DNA of 37,576 nucleotides from Burkholderiales bacterium. Its GTDB lineage: Bacteria > Pseudomonadota > Gammaproteobacteria > Burkholderiales > SG8-39. Each line of letters starts with the position of its first letter. Within the stretch, counting starts at the first letter, position 1. Made by a program: the position numbers and the translations under genes. The stretch is from positions 1 to 37,576 of the forward strand of contig JBAVOG010000312.1 of NCBI GenBank assembly GCA_049691875.1. Direction: 5' to 3'. The notes below the pieces were generated by a model that did not search any database, had not been told where the DNA came from, and was given only the letters and a program-made list of their open reading frames with translations. Positions 21,755 to 29,798 of the stretch are shown here, piece after piece.

Positions 21755-23467
21755 TTACTCGTTCGTGACGGCCATGACTTCCTCGAGCGAAGTCATACCT
21801 AACTTGACCTTGTTGAGACCGGACTGACGCAGGTCGCGAACCCCCTCGAGCTGCGCCTGCTCGGCGATCTCGATCGCGTTGCCACCACGCATGATCACGC
21901 GGCTCATTTCTTCCGATATCGGCATCACCTGGTAGATGCCGACCCGGCCTTTGTATCCCGATCCCTTGCAATGCTCGCAGCCGAGCGGTCCGTACGGCCG
22001 CCAGTCGCCTTCCAGCTCGTCGTCTTGAAAGCCTGCATTGATCAGACCTTCGTACGGAATCTCGATCGGTTGCTTGCACCCGCACAGGCGGCGAGCAAGG
22101 CGTTGCGCGGTGATCACGATCACGCTGGATGCGATGTTGTAGCCGGGCACGCCCATATTGATGAGCCGGGTGAGCGTGCTCGGGGCATCGTTCGTATGCA
22201 GGGTGGAGAGCACCAGGTGGCCGGTTTGCGCCGCTTTCACCGCAATTTCGGCGGTCTCGAGGTCGCGAATCTCGCCGACCATGATCACATCCGGGTCCTG
22301 GCGCAGAAAGGAACGCAGCGCGGCGGCGAACGTCAGGCCGACCTTGTCGTTGATGTTCACCTGGTTGATGCCCGCGAGGTTGATCTCGGCTGGATCCTCC
22401 GCGGTCGAGATGTTCACGCCCGGCTTGTTGAGCATGTTAAGGAAGGTATACAGCGACACCGTCTTGCCGCTTCCGGTCGGTCCGGTCACGAGGATCATCC
22501 CGTACGGCCGGTTGATGGCCTCGACGAGCGTGTCCTTCTGATCGGGCTCGTACCCCAGCGCTTCGATGCCGAGCATCGCGCTCGAGGGGTCGAGGATCCG
22601 CAGCACAAGCTTTTCGCCGTGCAGAGTGGGCAGGGTGCTCACCCGGAAATCGATCGCCCGGCTCTTCGACAGAACGAGCTTCATCCGGCCGTCCTGGGGG
22701 ACGCGCTTCTCCGAGATGTCGAGCTTGGAGATCACCTTGATCCGGGAGGCGATCTTCTCCTTGAGCATGAGGGGCGGCTGGCTGATCTCGTGGAGCTCGC
22801 CGTCGACCCGGAAGCGGATGCGGTAGTACCTCTCGTAAGGCTCGAAATGGATGTCCGATGCCCCGTCATTGATGGCGTCGAGCATCACCTTCTGGATGAA
22901 CTTGACGACTGGCGCATCGTCGACGTCGACTGCCTGGGAGTCGGGCTGCGCGTCCTGGTCCTGGTCCGCAAACTCCAACGACAGATCGTCATCGATCAGC
23001 TGCTTCAGAGTAGTGTCGGACCGTTCGAGCGTCCGGCCGAGCAAAGCTTCCAGCTTGTCGACCTCGACGAGAACCGCCTCGATCGACATGGACGTCTGGA
23101 ACTTGACCTCGTCTAGCGCCTGGATATTGGAGGGATCGGAGATCGCAATCGTGAGGCGATTGCCGCGCTTGCGCAGCGGCAGGATCTTGCGGGTCTGCAT
23201 GAGCTTGCGATCAACGAGATCGATCGGAAACTGGGTCGGATCCGCAGCGTCGAGGTCCAGCAGCGGCAAGCCGAACGTGTAGGCGCAGAACTCCGCGATG
23301 TCTGTCGACGACATGCGGCGGCTTCGCACGACCTCGTCGATAAACCCGAACCCGGACTCGCGCGCCTGCTTCTGGAGTTCCTCGGCAGCCGGCTCCGTCA
23401 GGCGTCCGTGCTGGACGAGCGCCCGGGCAAGGCCACTCAAGGTGCCAAAACTGGGGTTTACCGCCAT
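21755..23467 (-). CDS. pilB: Type IV pilus assembly ATPase PilB
   Basis: Track ORF 21755..23467 (-), 570 aa. Walker A GPTGSGKTVSLYT, Asp box, Walker B IMVGEIRD, His box, and the tetracysteine CGCK...CEHCKGSGYKGR. Confidence 0.96.
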   Translation of the reverse strand: MAVNPSFGTLSGLARALVQHGRLTEPAAEELQKQARESGFGFIDEVVRSRRMSSTDIAEFCAYTFGLPLLDLDAADPTQFPIDLVDRKLMQTRKILPLRKRGNRLTIAISDPSNIQALDEVKFQTSMSIEAVLVEVDKLEALLGRTLERSDTTLKQLIDDDLSLEFADQDQDAQPDSQAVDVDDAPVVKFIQKVMLDAINDGASDIHFEPYERYYRIRFRVDGELHEISQPPLMLKEKIASRIKVISKLDISEKRVPQDGRMKLVLSKSRAIDFRVSTLPTLHGEKLVLRILDPSSAMLGIEALGYEPDQKDTLVEAINRPYGMILVTGPTGSGKTVSLYTFLNMLNKPGVNISTAEDPAEINLAGINQVNINDKVGLTFAAALRSFLRQDPDVIMVGEIRDLETAEIAVKAAQTGHLVLSTLHTNDAPSTLTRLINMGVPGYNIASSVIVITAQRLARRLCGCKQPIEIPYEGLINAGFQDDELEGDWRPYGPLGCEHCKGSGYKGRVGIYQVMPISEEMSRVIMRGGNAIEIAEQAQLEGVRDLRQSGLNKVKLGMTSLEEVMAVTNE

Positions 23468-23658
23468 CTAGTTGGTCGGGATTCGAGTAGTTGTAGGAGC
23501 AACGATCGGCAACAACGCATCGCCCCGCCGGTCCTGGCAGGGACACGAAATCATGCACTGCGTCCCGGGCACTGTAAAGCCTAAAGTTTCACACCTAAGC
23601 TCATGACGAGCCGGGATTTTTCGGTTCCGTGGCAGATGCGAAGGAGACCGGAACGATG

Positions 23659-24945
23659 TCACGCGGCTGCCGTCGTGGCGGCCCCGCCGGGCCGGAATAG
23701 CCGGACGGTCTTGACCACCCGATCCTGGGTCTGGACCACTTCCATCGGGACCTCGTGGATCTTCAGGCTGACGCCAGCCTCCGGGATGTCCTGGAAATGC
23801 TCCAGGATGAGTCCATTGAGGGTCTTGGGCCCGTCCAGCGGGAAGGTGAGCCCGAGCTTCCTGTTGAGGTCGCGCAGTGAACTGCTTCCCTCCACCAGGG
23901 CGGAGCCGTCGGCGGTCCACTCGAATCCGGATGCACGCAGCGGCGCAGTCGTGGTGAACTCGCCGATGATCTCCTCGATGATGTCTTCGAGGGTCAGCAG
24001 ACCCAGGAGGTCCCCGTACTCGTCCACGACCAGCGCAAGACGCTGCCGGTTCTCCTGGAAGTACTGCATCTGCGCGAGTGCCGGGGTATCCGCGGGGACG
24101 AAATAAGGCTTCGTGATGACTTCCTCGAGCGCCTGCTTGTCCAGCACCCCCCCGGAGAGCGCAGTCATCGCGCGCCGCAGGTGCACGATCCCGACGATAT
24201 TGTCGAGCTCGCCCCGGAATGCCACCAGGCGTGTGTGATAGCTCGTCGTGAGCTGACCGAGCAGCGTTTCGGCCGGCGCGTCAAGGTCGATCGCCTCGAT
24301 CTGGGCGCGCGGCGTCATCGCATCCTCGATCGTTAGGCGCTCCAGGTCGAAAAGATTGACCAGGATCGACTGGTGCTTCTTGGGGAGGAAGTGGCTGTGC
24401 TCGAGCACGAGCGTACGCAACTCCTCCTGGGACAGCCGGTGCGCGTCACCTCCCGGCGGCTTGAAGCGGAGCAGCCACAGTATCGCCAGCGAAAAGAGGT
24501 TGACGAACCAGACGATGGGATAGAGGAGCTTGAGCAGCGGCCCGAGCACGTATGCCAGCGGAAGCGCGATGCGCTCCGGATAGGCCGCGCCGATGACCTT
24601 GGGCGTGATCTCGGCGAACACCAGCACGACGAACGTCACCGTCGCGGTGCTCACCATCAGGGAGAACTCGCTTTGCCCGAACAGCCGGATGGTGATCACG
24701 CTGGCCAGCGTGGCTGCGCCGATGTTGACGAGGTTGTTGCCGAGCAGGATGACGCCTAGCAGGCGGTCGGTTCGCTCGAGAAGGTGGGAGACACGCCGCG
24801 CCGCGCGATTTCCGAGCTTCGTCATCGCGCGCAACCGGTAGCGGTTGAGCGCCATCATGCTCGTCTCGGCGATCGAGAAAAGCCCCGAAAAGATCAGCAG
24901 GACCAAGAGCGCGACGTAGTGCGTCGCTAAAGGAATTTCTTCCAA
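23659..24945 (-). CDS. HlyC/CorC-family transporter (DUF21 - tandem CBS - CorC_HlyC), CorB/YfjD-like
   Basis: C-terminal 428 codons of the 744-aa track ORF 23659..25893 (-). From TTG 24945: (M)EEIPLATHYVALLVLLIFSGLFSIAETSMMALNRYRL..., which parallels the E. coli YfjD/CorB N-terminus. There is no in-frame ATG before TM1, so a TTG start is inferred. The upstream ORF part overlaps the ypjD-like gene in another frame and is Arg/Pro-rich. Confidence 0.85.
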   Translation of the reverse strand: MEEIPLATHYVALLVLLIFSGLFSIAETSMMALNRYRLRAMTKLGNRAARRVSHLLERTDRLLGVILLGNNLVNIGAATLASVITIRLFGQSEFSLMVSTATVTFVVLVFAEITPKVIGAAYPERIALPLAYVLGPLLKLLYPIVWFVNLFSLAILWLLRFKPPGGDAHRLSQEELRTLVLEHSHFLPKKHQSILVNLFDLERLTIEDAMTPRAQIEAIDLDAPAETLLGQLTTSYHTRLVAFRGELDNIVGIVHLRRAMTALSGGVLDKQALEEVITKPYFVPADTPALAQMQYFQENRQRLALVVDEYGDLLGLLTLEDIIEEIIGEFTTTAPLRASGFEWTADGSALVEGSSSLRDLNRKLGLTFPLDGPKTLNGLILEHFQDIPEAGVSLKIHEVPMEVVQTQDRVVKTVRLFRPGGAATTAAA

Positions 24946-25022
24946 GCAGAGCGCGCGCGAATCGGACCAGGGCAGTATGCCCGAATTCGGCTGATCGCGC
25001 GGCAGGATCGCAGGTCGCGTCG

Positions 25023-25886
25023 CTACGCGAGACTGCGCCCGAGTATCACCTCGACGACAAAGCGGCTGCCCACGTACGCGAGCATCAGAACGATGAACCC
25101 TGCCATGGTCAAGCGCAGCGCGCGGCGTCCGCGCCAGCCGTAGAAATGACGCCCGGCGAGCAGCAATCCGAAAATCGCCCACGACAGCACGGCAAACAGG
25201 GTCTTGTGATTGAACCGGAACGCCTTGCCGAAAAGTGTCTCGGAGAAGGCTACGCCGGTCACGAGCGTGAGCGTAAGCATGACGAAGCCTGCCGCGAGAA
25301 TCCGGAACAGGAGGACTTCCAGGGTCAAGAGCGGGGGCATGCTTGCAAGCGGTCCCGACAGCTCGTCGCCCAGGCCGCCTCCATGCAGTCGCTTCTCTAT
25401 CAGGCTCATGAGCAAGGCGTGCAGTGCCGCGATCGTGAGCAGGCTGTAGGCGATGATCGCCAGGGCAAGGTGCATCCGGAACTCGACCGTGTGCGCGTAA
25501 GCGGGACTCTCCAGGCCGGGAAACAGTGCGGGCAGCGGCACGCAGAGGGCGGCGACTCCGAGGACGAGCGGTTGCATCCCTTCCAGCCGGTAAAAGAGAT
25601 TCTCGAACCAGTAGACCAGAACGGCGAGCCAGAGTGTCGCCGACAGCGCCTGGCCGAATCCGAAGCGCAGCACCGGCGTTGCGAAGAGGGTCTCGTAGAG
25701 CAGGAAAGAATGGATCGCGAGCGCTACCAGTATCGCCCAGCGCTCCCATGCGGCCATGGGATGCTCGGTCCCCTTCCTTGCTCGCCAGCGCGTGCGCCAG
25801 AAATGGAGCGCCAGCACCGCATAGAGAAGCAAGGTCAGGCCGTAGAGTAGAATGGCGGGCATCGGTGCGGACATTATCGCATCCAC
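25023..25886 (-). CDS. Cytochrome c assembly family (CcsA-like) inner membrane protein, YpjD-like
   Basis: Track ORF 25023..25886 (-), 287 aa, polytopic. Divergent from ffh and followed by the CorB-like gene. This matches the E. coli ffh / ypjD-yfjD arrangement as I recall it. The start could be one of the internal Met codons (M5 or M9). Confidence 0.8.
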   Translation of the reverse strand: MDAIMSAPMPAILLYGLTLLLYAVLALHFWRTRWRARKGTEHPMAAWERWAILVALAIHSFLLYETLFATPVLRFGFGQALSATLWLAVLVYWFENLFYRLEGMQPLVLGVAALCVPLPALFPGLESPAYAHTVEFRMHLALAIIAYSLLTIAALHALLMSLIEKRLHGGGLGDELSGPLASMPPLLTLEVLLFRILAAGFVMLTLTLVTGVAFSETLFGKAFRFNHKTLFAVLSWAIFGLLLAGRHFYGWRGRRALRLTMAGFIVLMLAYVGSRFVVEVILGRSLA

Positions 25887-26016
25887 GGATCACCGCCGTT
25901 GCCCGTTTCGCGATTGCGCCATCTCGTTCGTGCCATCTCGTCCCGGCTGACCTTCATCCACGGATGTGTCCCTGCCGTGCCGTTCGATTTCCCTGCCGTC
26001 ATGGACTCACCTCGCA

Positions 26017-27372
26017 ATGCTTGAAAATCTGACTCAGCGATTCGCGCGCGTCGTGAAGACGGTGCGCGGCGAGGCGCGTCTCACCGATGCCAATATCCAG
26101 GAAACGCTGCGCGAGGTGCGCATGGCGTTGCTCGAAGCGGACGTCGCGCTGCCGGTGGTGCGCGACTTCATCGCGCGGGTAAAGGAAAAAGCGCTTGGCG
26201 AGGACGTCATCGGAAGCCTGACCCCGGGCCAGGCGTTCGTGGGCGTGGTGCATCGGGAGCTCACCGAGCTCATGGGCGGCGGTCACTCCGGGCTTGAACT
26301 TGCAGTGACTCCTCCGGCCGTGATCCTCATGGCGGGCCTGCAGGGCTCGGGCAAGACCACCACGATCGCCAAACTCGCCAAGTTTGTCCAGGAAGAGCTG
26401 CGCAAGAAGCCGCTCCTCGTCTCGTGCGACGTCTATCGCCCTGCGGCGATCGAGCAGCTGAAAACCCTCGCTGCGCAGATCGGCGTCGATTTCTTTCCAT
26501 CGACGCCGCAGGACAAGCCCGTCGATATTGCAACTGCGGCGCTGGACTGGGCGAGGAAGCACTATCACGACGTGCTGCTGGTCGACACCGCCGGCCGACT
26601 TCACATCGACGATCAGATGATGAAGGAGATCGCGGCGCTGCATACCGTCTTGAAGCCGGCGGAAACGCTGTTCGTCGTCGACTCCATGCAGGGCCAGGAT
26701 GCGGTGAACGTGGCAAAGAGCTTCAGCGACGCGCTACCGCTGACCGGCGTCGTGCTCACGAAGCTCGATGGCGACGCCCGTGGGGGCGCCGCGCTGTCCG
26801 TTCGCCATGTGACGGGCAAGCCGATCAAGTTTGCTGGCGTGGGTGAAAAGCCGACCGGTCTGGAGGCGTTCCATCCGGAGCGGATGGCTTCGCGGATCCT
26901 CGGGATGGGGGACATCGTGTCCCTCGTCGAGGAGGCGCGCAAGGGCGTGGACGAGCACGAAGCACAGCGGCTCGCCGAGAAGCTCAAGCGTGGCAAGGGA
27001 TTCGACCTCGAGGACTTCAAGGGCCAGATCCGGCAGATGAAGAACATGGGCGGCCTCGCCTCGCTCGTGGACAAGCTTCCCGTCCAGCTGCAGCAGGCTG
27101 CCGCCCAGACACCGCAATCGATGGACGACAAGGCGCTGCGCAGGATAGAAGGGATCATCAACTCGATGACGCCCGCGGAGCGTGCAAAACCGGAGGTCAT
27201 CAAGGCCTCACGCAAGCGGCGCATCGCCGCCGGCGCCGGCGTGCCCGTTCAGGAGGTAAACCGCCTGCTCAACCAGTTCGCGCAGATGCAGAAGATGATG
27301 AAGCAGATGCAAAAAGGCGGTCTCGCGCGGATGATGAAGAGCATGAAGGGGATGCTTCCCGGGATGCGGTAG
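26017..27372 (+). CDS. ffh: Signal recognition particle protein Ffh
   Basis: Internal ATG 26017 (MLENLTQRFARVVKTVRGEARLTDANIQETLREVRMALLEADVAL) of track ORF 25966..27372. GLQGSGKTTT, DTAGRL, TKLDGDARGGAALS, and the Met-rich M domain. Confidence 0.97.
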   Translation: MLENLTQRFARVVKTVRGEARLTDANIQETLREVRMALLEADVALPVVRDFIARVKEKALGEDVIGSLTPGQAFVGVVHRELTELMGGGHSGLELAVTPPAVILMAGLQGSGKTTTIAKLAKFVQEELRKKPLLVSCDVYRPAAIEQLKTLAAQIGVDFFPSTPQDKPVDIATAALDWARKHYHDVLLVDTAGRLHIDDQMMKEIAALHTVLKPAETLFVVDSMQGQDAVNVAKSFSDALPLTGVVLTKLDGDARGGAALSVRHVTGKPIKFAGVGEKPTGLEAFHPERMASRILGMGDIVSLVEEARKGVDEHEAQRLAEKLKRGKGFDLEDFKGQIRQMKNMGGLASLVDKLPVQLQQAAAQTPQSMDDKALRRIEGIINSMTPAERAKPEVIKASRKRRIAAGAGVPVQEVNRLLNQFAQMQKMMKQMQKGGLARMMKSMKGMLPGMR

Positions 27373-27384
27373 GCGGCCGGCGGA
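27322..27384 (+). repeat. Direct repeat copy A (last 48 coding nt of ffh, the TAG stop, and 12 nt beyond)
   Basis: CTCGCGCGGATGATGAAGAGCATGAAGGGGATGCTTCCCGGGATGCGGTAGGCGGCCGGCGGA. It matches 27461..27523 at 60 of 63 positions by manual alignment. Confidence 0.9.
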
Positions 27385-27460
27385 AACGGGACGCGCACCG
27401 CGCGAGCTGACTCGGGGGATCTGCAAGGGGGCGTCGCCCCGTTGTTCCAATGTGCGCGGG

Positions 27461-27523
27461 CTCGCGCGGATGATGAAGAGCATGAAGGGGATGCTTCCTG
27501 GGATGCAGTAGGCGGTCGGCGGA
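27461..27523 (+). repeat. Direct repeat copy B: orphan duplicate of the ffh 3' terminus in the ffh-rpsP intergenic region
   Basis: CTCGCGCGGATGATGAAGAGCATGAAGGGGATGCTTCCTGGGATGCAGTAGGCGGTCGGCGGA. There are three transition differences from copy A. It would encode ...[15 protein letters not shown]. Confidence 0.9.
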
Positions 27524-27540
27524 CGCGGGGCAAGAACGCC

Positions 27541-27570
27541 TTGCCAATCAGTACTTAAGTCACGTAAAAT
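27541..27570 (+). promoter_or_regulatory. Candidate sigma70 promoter of the rpsP-rimM-trmD-rplS operon (-35 TTGCCA, 18-nt spacer, -10 TAAAAT)
   Basis: TTGCCA at 27541-27546 and TAAAAT at 27565-27570, each 5/6 to consensus. Located about 33 nt upstream of the rpsP ATG. Confidence 0.45.
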
Positions 27571-27602
27571 CTCCCCCTTTTCGATTCCCGAAAGCCCTTC
27601 CC

Positions 27603-27860
27603 ATGGTCGTCATTCGTCTCGCTCGCGGCGGCGCAAAAAAGCGTCCGTTTTTCAATCTGGTCGTCACCGATTCGCGCAATCCGCGCGACGGGCGCTTCAT
27701 CGAGCGCGTGGGTTTCTACGATCCCAAGGCCCCCGAGGGTCGCGAATCGCTGCGCGTCGTCGGCGACCGGCTCTCGTACTGGAAGGGGAAAGGGGCGAAG
27801 CTTTCGCCTACTGTCGCGCGGCTGGTCAAGCTGCACGCGAAGCAGGCCGTCGCGGCCTAG
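27603..27860 (+). CDS. rpsP: 30S ribosomal protein S16
   Basis: Track ORF 27603..27860. [41 protein letters not shown]. Confidence 0.97.
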   Translation: MVVIRLARGGAKKRPFFNLVVTDSRNPRDGRFIERVGFYDPKAPEGRESLRVVGDRLSYWKGKGAKLSPTVARLVKLHAKQAVAA

Positions 27861-27880
27861 GGCCTCGGACCGGAAGGCGC

Positions 27881-28384
27881 GTGGCTGCGCGCCTGATCAC
27901 GCTGGGCCGCGTGATCGGCCCGTGGGGCGTGAAAGGCTGGATCAAGGTGACTCCTTACGCCGATACGCCCGCCGATCTGTGCGGGCTCGCGCATTGGTGG
28001 GTGCAGAGCGGCGGCGCATGGCAGGAACATCAGGTCACTGCGGCGCGGCCCCACGGCGCGAGCGTCGTCGCACAGCTCGCCGGATGTGACGACCGCGACG
28101 CGGCGGCCGAGCTGAAAGGGTGTGAGATAGCAGTTCCGCGGGAAGCCCTGCCGGCTGCGGGCGACGGCAAGGTCTACTGGGCCGATCTCGTTGGTCTCAA
28201 GGTTGTGAATCTGCAGGGCGAGTTGCTTGGCGAGGTGACCGGGCTCATGGCGACAGGCGCAAATGACGTGCTGCGCGTGGCCAGCCCGGAGACGGTTCGG
28301 TTGGTGCCATTTGTGGCACACGTCATTCAGGAAGTGGATCTTGCTCGCGGCGAGATCAAGGTTGATTGGGGGCTCGACTGGTGA
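27881..28384 (+). CDS. rimM: Ribosome maturation factor RimM
   Basis: Track ORF 27881..28384 (GTG start). [19 protein letters not shown]-barrel-type N-terminus. Lies between rpsP and trmD. Confidence 0.9.
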   Translation: MAARLITLGRVIGPWGVKGWIKVTPYADTPADLCGLAHWWVQSGGAWQEHQVTAARPHGASVVAQLAGCDDRDAAAELKGCEIAVPREALPAAGDGKVYWADLVGLKVVNLQGELLGEVTGLMATGANDVLRVASPETVRLVPFVAHVIQEVDLARGEIKVDWGLDW

Positions 28385-29166
28385 ACGAGCGAGCAGCGTC
28401 GATCCAGTTCGACTGTGTAACGCTGTTTCCGGAGATGTTCGCGGCGGTCGCGACGTATGGAGTGACTGGACGAGCGAGAGAGAAGGGCCGCTGGCGGCTC
28501 GAGTTATGGAACCCGCGCGACTTCACAACGGATACCCATCGGACGGTGGACGACCGGCCCTACGGCGGCGGACCCGGAATGGTGATGATGGCGGAACCGC
28601 TCGAGAAGACGATCCGGGCGATTCATGCAGAGGCGTCGGAGGGTCGCGCCCGGGTGGTCTATCTCTCGCCGCAAGGGGCGACGCTCGATCACGCGAAAGT
28701 CACCGAGCTTGCGCAGTTGCCGAGGCTCGCGCTGCTTTGCGGTCGGTACGAGTCGATCGACGAGCGTCTCATCGAACGCCACGTCGACGAGGAGTTGTCC
28801 ATCGGCGACTACGTGCTCTCGGGTGGCGAGCTCGCGGCGATGGTGTTGATCGATGCGATCGTCCGGCAGCTGCCGGGCGTTCTGAACGACGACGAGTCGG
28901 CGGTAAATGAATCGTTCGTGGACGGGCTGCTCGATTGCCCGCACTACACGCGTCCCGAATCGTATGCTGGCGCGCGAGTGCCCGAGGTGCTGCTTTCGGG
29001 CCATCACGCGGCAATTGCACGGTGGCGGCTCAAGCAGGCACTGGGGCGGACCTGGATGAGAAGGCCGGATTTGTTGGAAGGGCGCACGTTCAGCGCCGAG
29101 GAAAAGGTGCTCCTCGCGGAGTTCCGCGCGGAGTTGGAAGGAATGCGTAAAGGAGCAGGACAATGA
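28381..29166 (+). CDS. trmD: tRNA (guanine37-N1)-methyltransferase TrmD
   Basis: Track ORF 28366..29166 begins at a TTG. I favour GTG 28381, which overlaps the rimM stop as [56 protein letters not shown]. Confidence 0.93.
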   Translation: MNERAASIQFDCVTLFPEMFAAVATYGVTGRAREKGRWRLELWNPRDFTTDTHRTVDDRPYGGGPGMVMMAEPLEKTIRAIHAEASEGRARVVYLSPQGATLDHAKVTELAQLPRLALLCGRYESIDERLIERHVDEELSIGDYVLSGGELAAMVLIDAIVRQLPGVLNDDESAVNESFVDGLLDCPHYTRPESYAGARVPEVLLSGHHAAIARWRLKQALGRTWMRRPDLLEGRTFSAEEKVLLAEFRAELEGMRKGAGQ

Positions 29167-29546
29167 ACCTGATTCAGAAGCTCGAGCAGGAAGAGATGAC
29201 CCGCCTCGGGAATGCCTTGCCCGAGTTTGCCCCGGGCGACACCGTGATCGTCCACGTGAACGTCAAGGAGGGCGAGCGCAAGCGTCTGCAAGCCTACGAG
29301 GGTGTGGTGATCGGCAAGCGTAACCGCGGGCTGAATTCGTCGTTCACGGTTCGCAAGATTTCCTCGGGCGAGGGAGTCGAGCGGACATTCCAGACCTTCT
29401 CGCCCCTGGTCGCCTCCGTCGAGGTGAAGCGCAAGGGCGATGTGCGCCGCGCCAAGCTCTACTATCTGCGCGGCCTCTCCGGCAAGCGCGCACGCATCCG
29501 CGAGAAGCTCGCTGCGCGCAGGACGATCGAAGAGTCGGCAGAGTAA
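29163..29546 (+). CDS. rplS: 50S ribosomal protein L19
   Basis: Track ORF 29163..29546. The ATG overlaps the trmD stop as [50 protein letters not shown]. Confidence 0.97.
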   Translation: MNLIQKLEQEEMTRLGNALPEFAPGDTVIVHVNVKEGERKRLQAYEGVVIGKRNRGLNSSFTVRKISSGEGVERTFQTFSPLVASVEVKRKGDVRRAKLYYLRGLSGKRARIREKLAARRTIEESAE

Positions 29547-29595
29547 TAAAGGGATTGAGCAGAACGAGACGAGGAGCGTCCCGCACGGGCGCTAG

Positions 29596-29730
29596 GAAGG
29601 CTACGAACAGGAGGGAACCCACGGTTTCCTCGAAGGCAAAGGCAGAAGGATACGAACAGGAAGGAACCCACGGTTCCCTCGAAGGCAAAGGCAGAAGGAT
29701 ACGAACAGGAGGGAACCCGCGGTTCCCTCC
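29596..29730. repeat. Tandem repeat, 49-bp unit x ~2.75, each unit containing a 7-9 bp GC hairpin (GAGGGAACC-NNN-GGTTCCCTC)
   Basis: Units start at 29596, 29645 and 29694. Units 1 and 2 are identical at 46/49 by eye. The third, truncated unit carries the perfect 9-bp stem. Confidence 0.88.
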
Positions 29731-29755
29731 CGTTACCCTCCTTCCCGCAGAAGAA

Positions 29756-29787
29756 GGGCCCGCATGCGCGGGCCTTTCGCTTTTTTG
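29756..29787. terminator. Intrinsic terminator shared by convergent rplS (+) and the argE-like gene (-)
   Basis: GGCCCGC-ATGC-GCGGGCC stem-loop followed by TTTCGCTTTTTTG on the + strand. On the - strand the stem is followed by CTTCTTCT. Confidence 0.7.
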
Positions 29788-29798
29788 CAATGCGGGGT

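Noticed and set aside
20408-23116. Plus-strand ORFs 20408..21379 (323 aa) and 21971..23116 (381 aa), antisense to pilC and pilB
   Set aside because: D/E/R/H-rich mirror-frame translations of well-supported minus-strand genes, with no independent signals.
23468-23658. Expected divergent pilA (major pilin) upstream of pilB
   Set aside because: The 191-bp gap has no ORF with a prepilin leader (G/FTLxE), and the next gene is the CorB-like transporter. The absence of pilA here is noted, but many genomes place pilA elsewhere.
24946-25893. N-terminal 316 residues of the 744-aa ORF 23659..25893 (-), which would make a giant CorB fusion
   Set aside because: This part overlaps the YpjD-like membrane protein gene in another frame and is Arg/Pro-rich. 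The CorB-like homology begins only at the TTG 24945 region.
27249-27547. Minus-strand ORFs (91-94 aa) across the ffh tail and its duplicate
   Set aside because: They are created by the duplicated sequence and lie antisense to ffh. The translations are repetitive and low-complexity.
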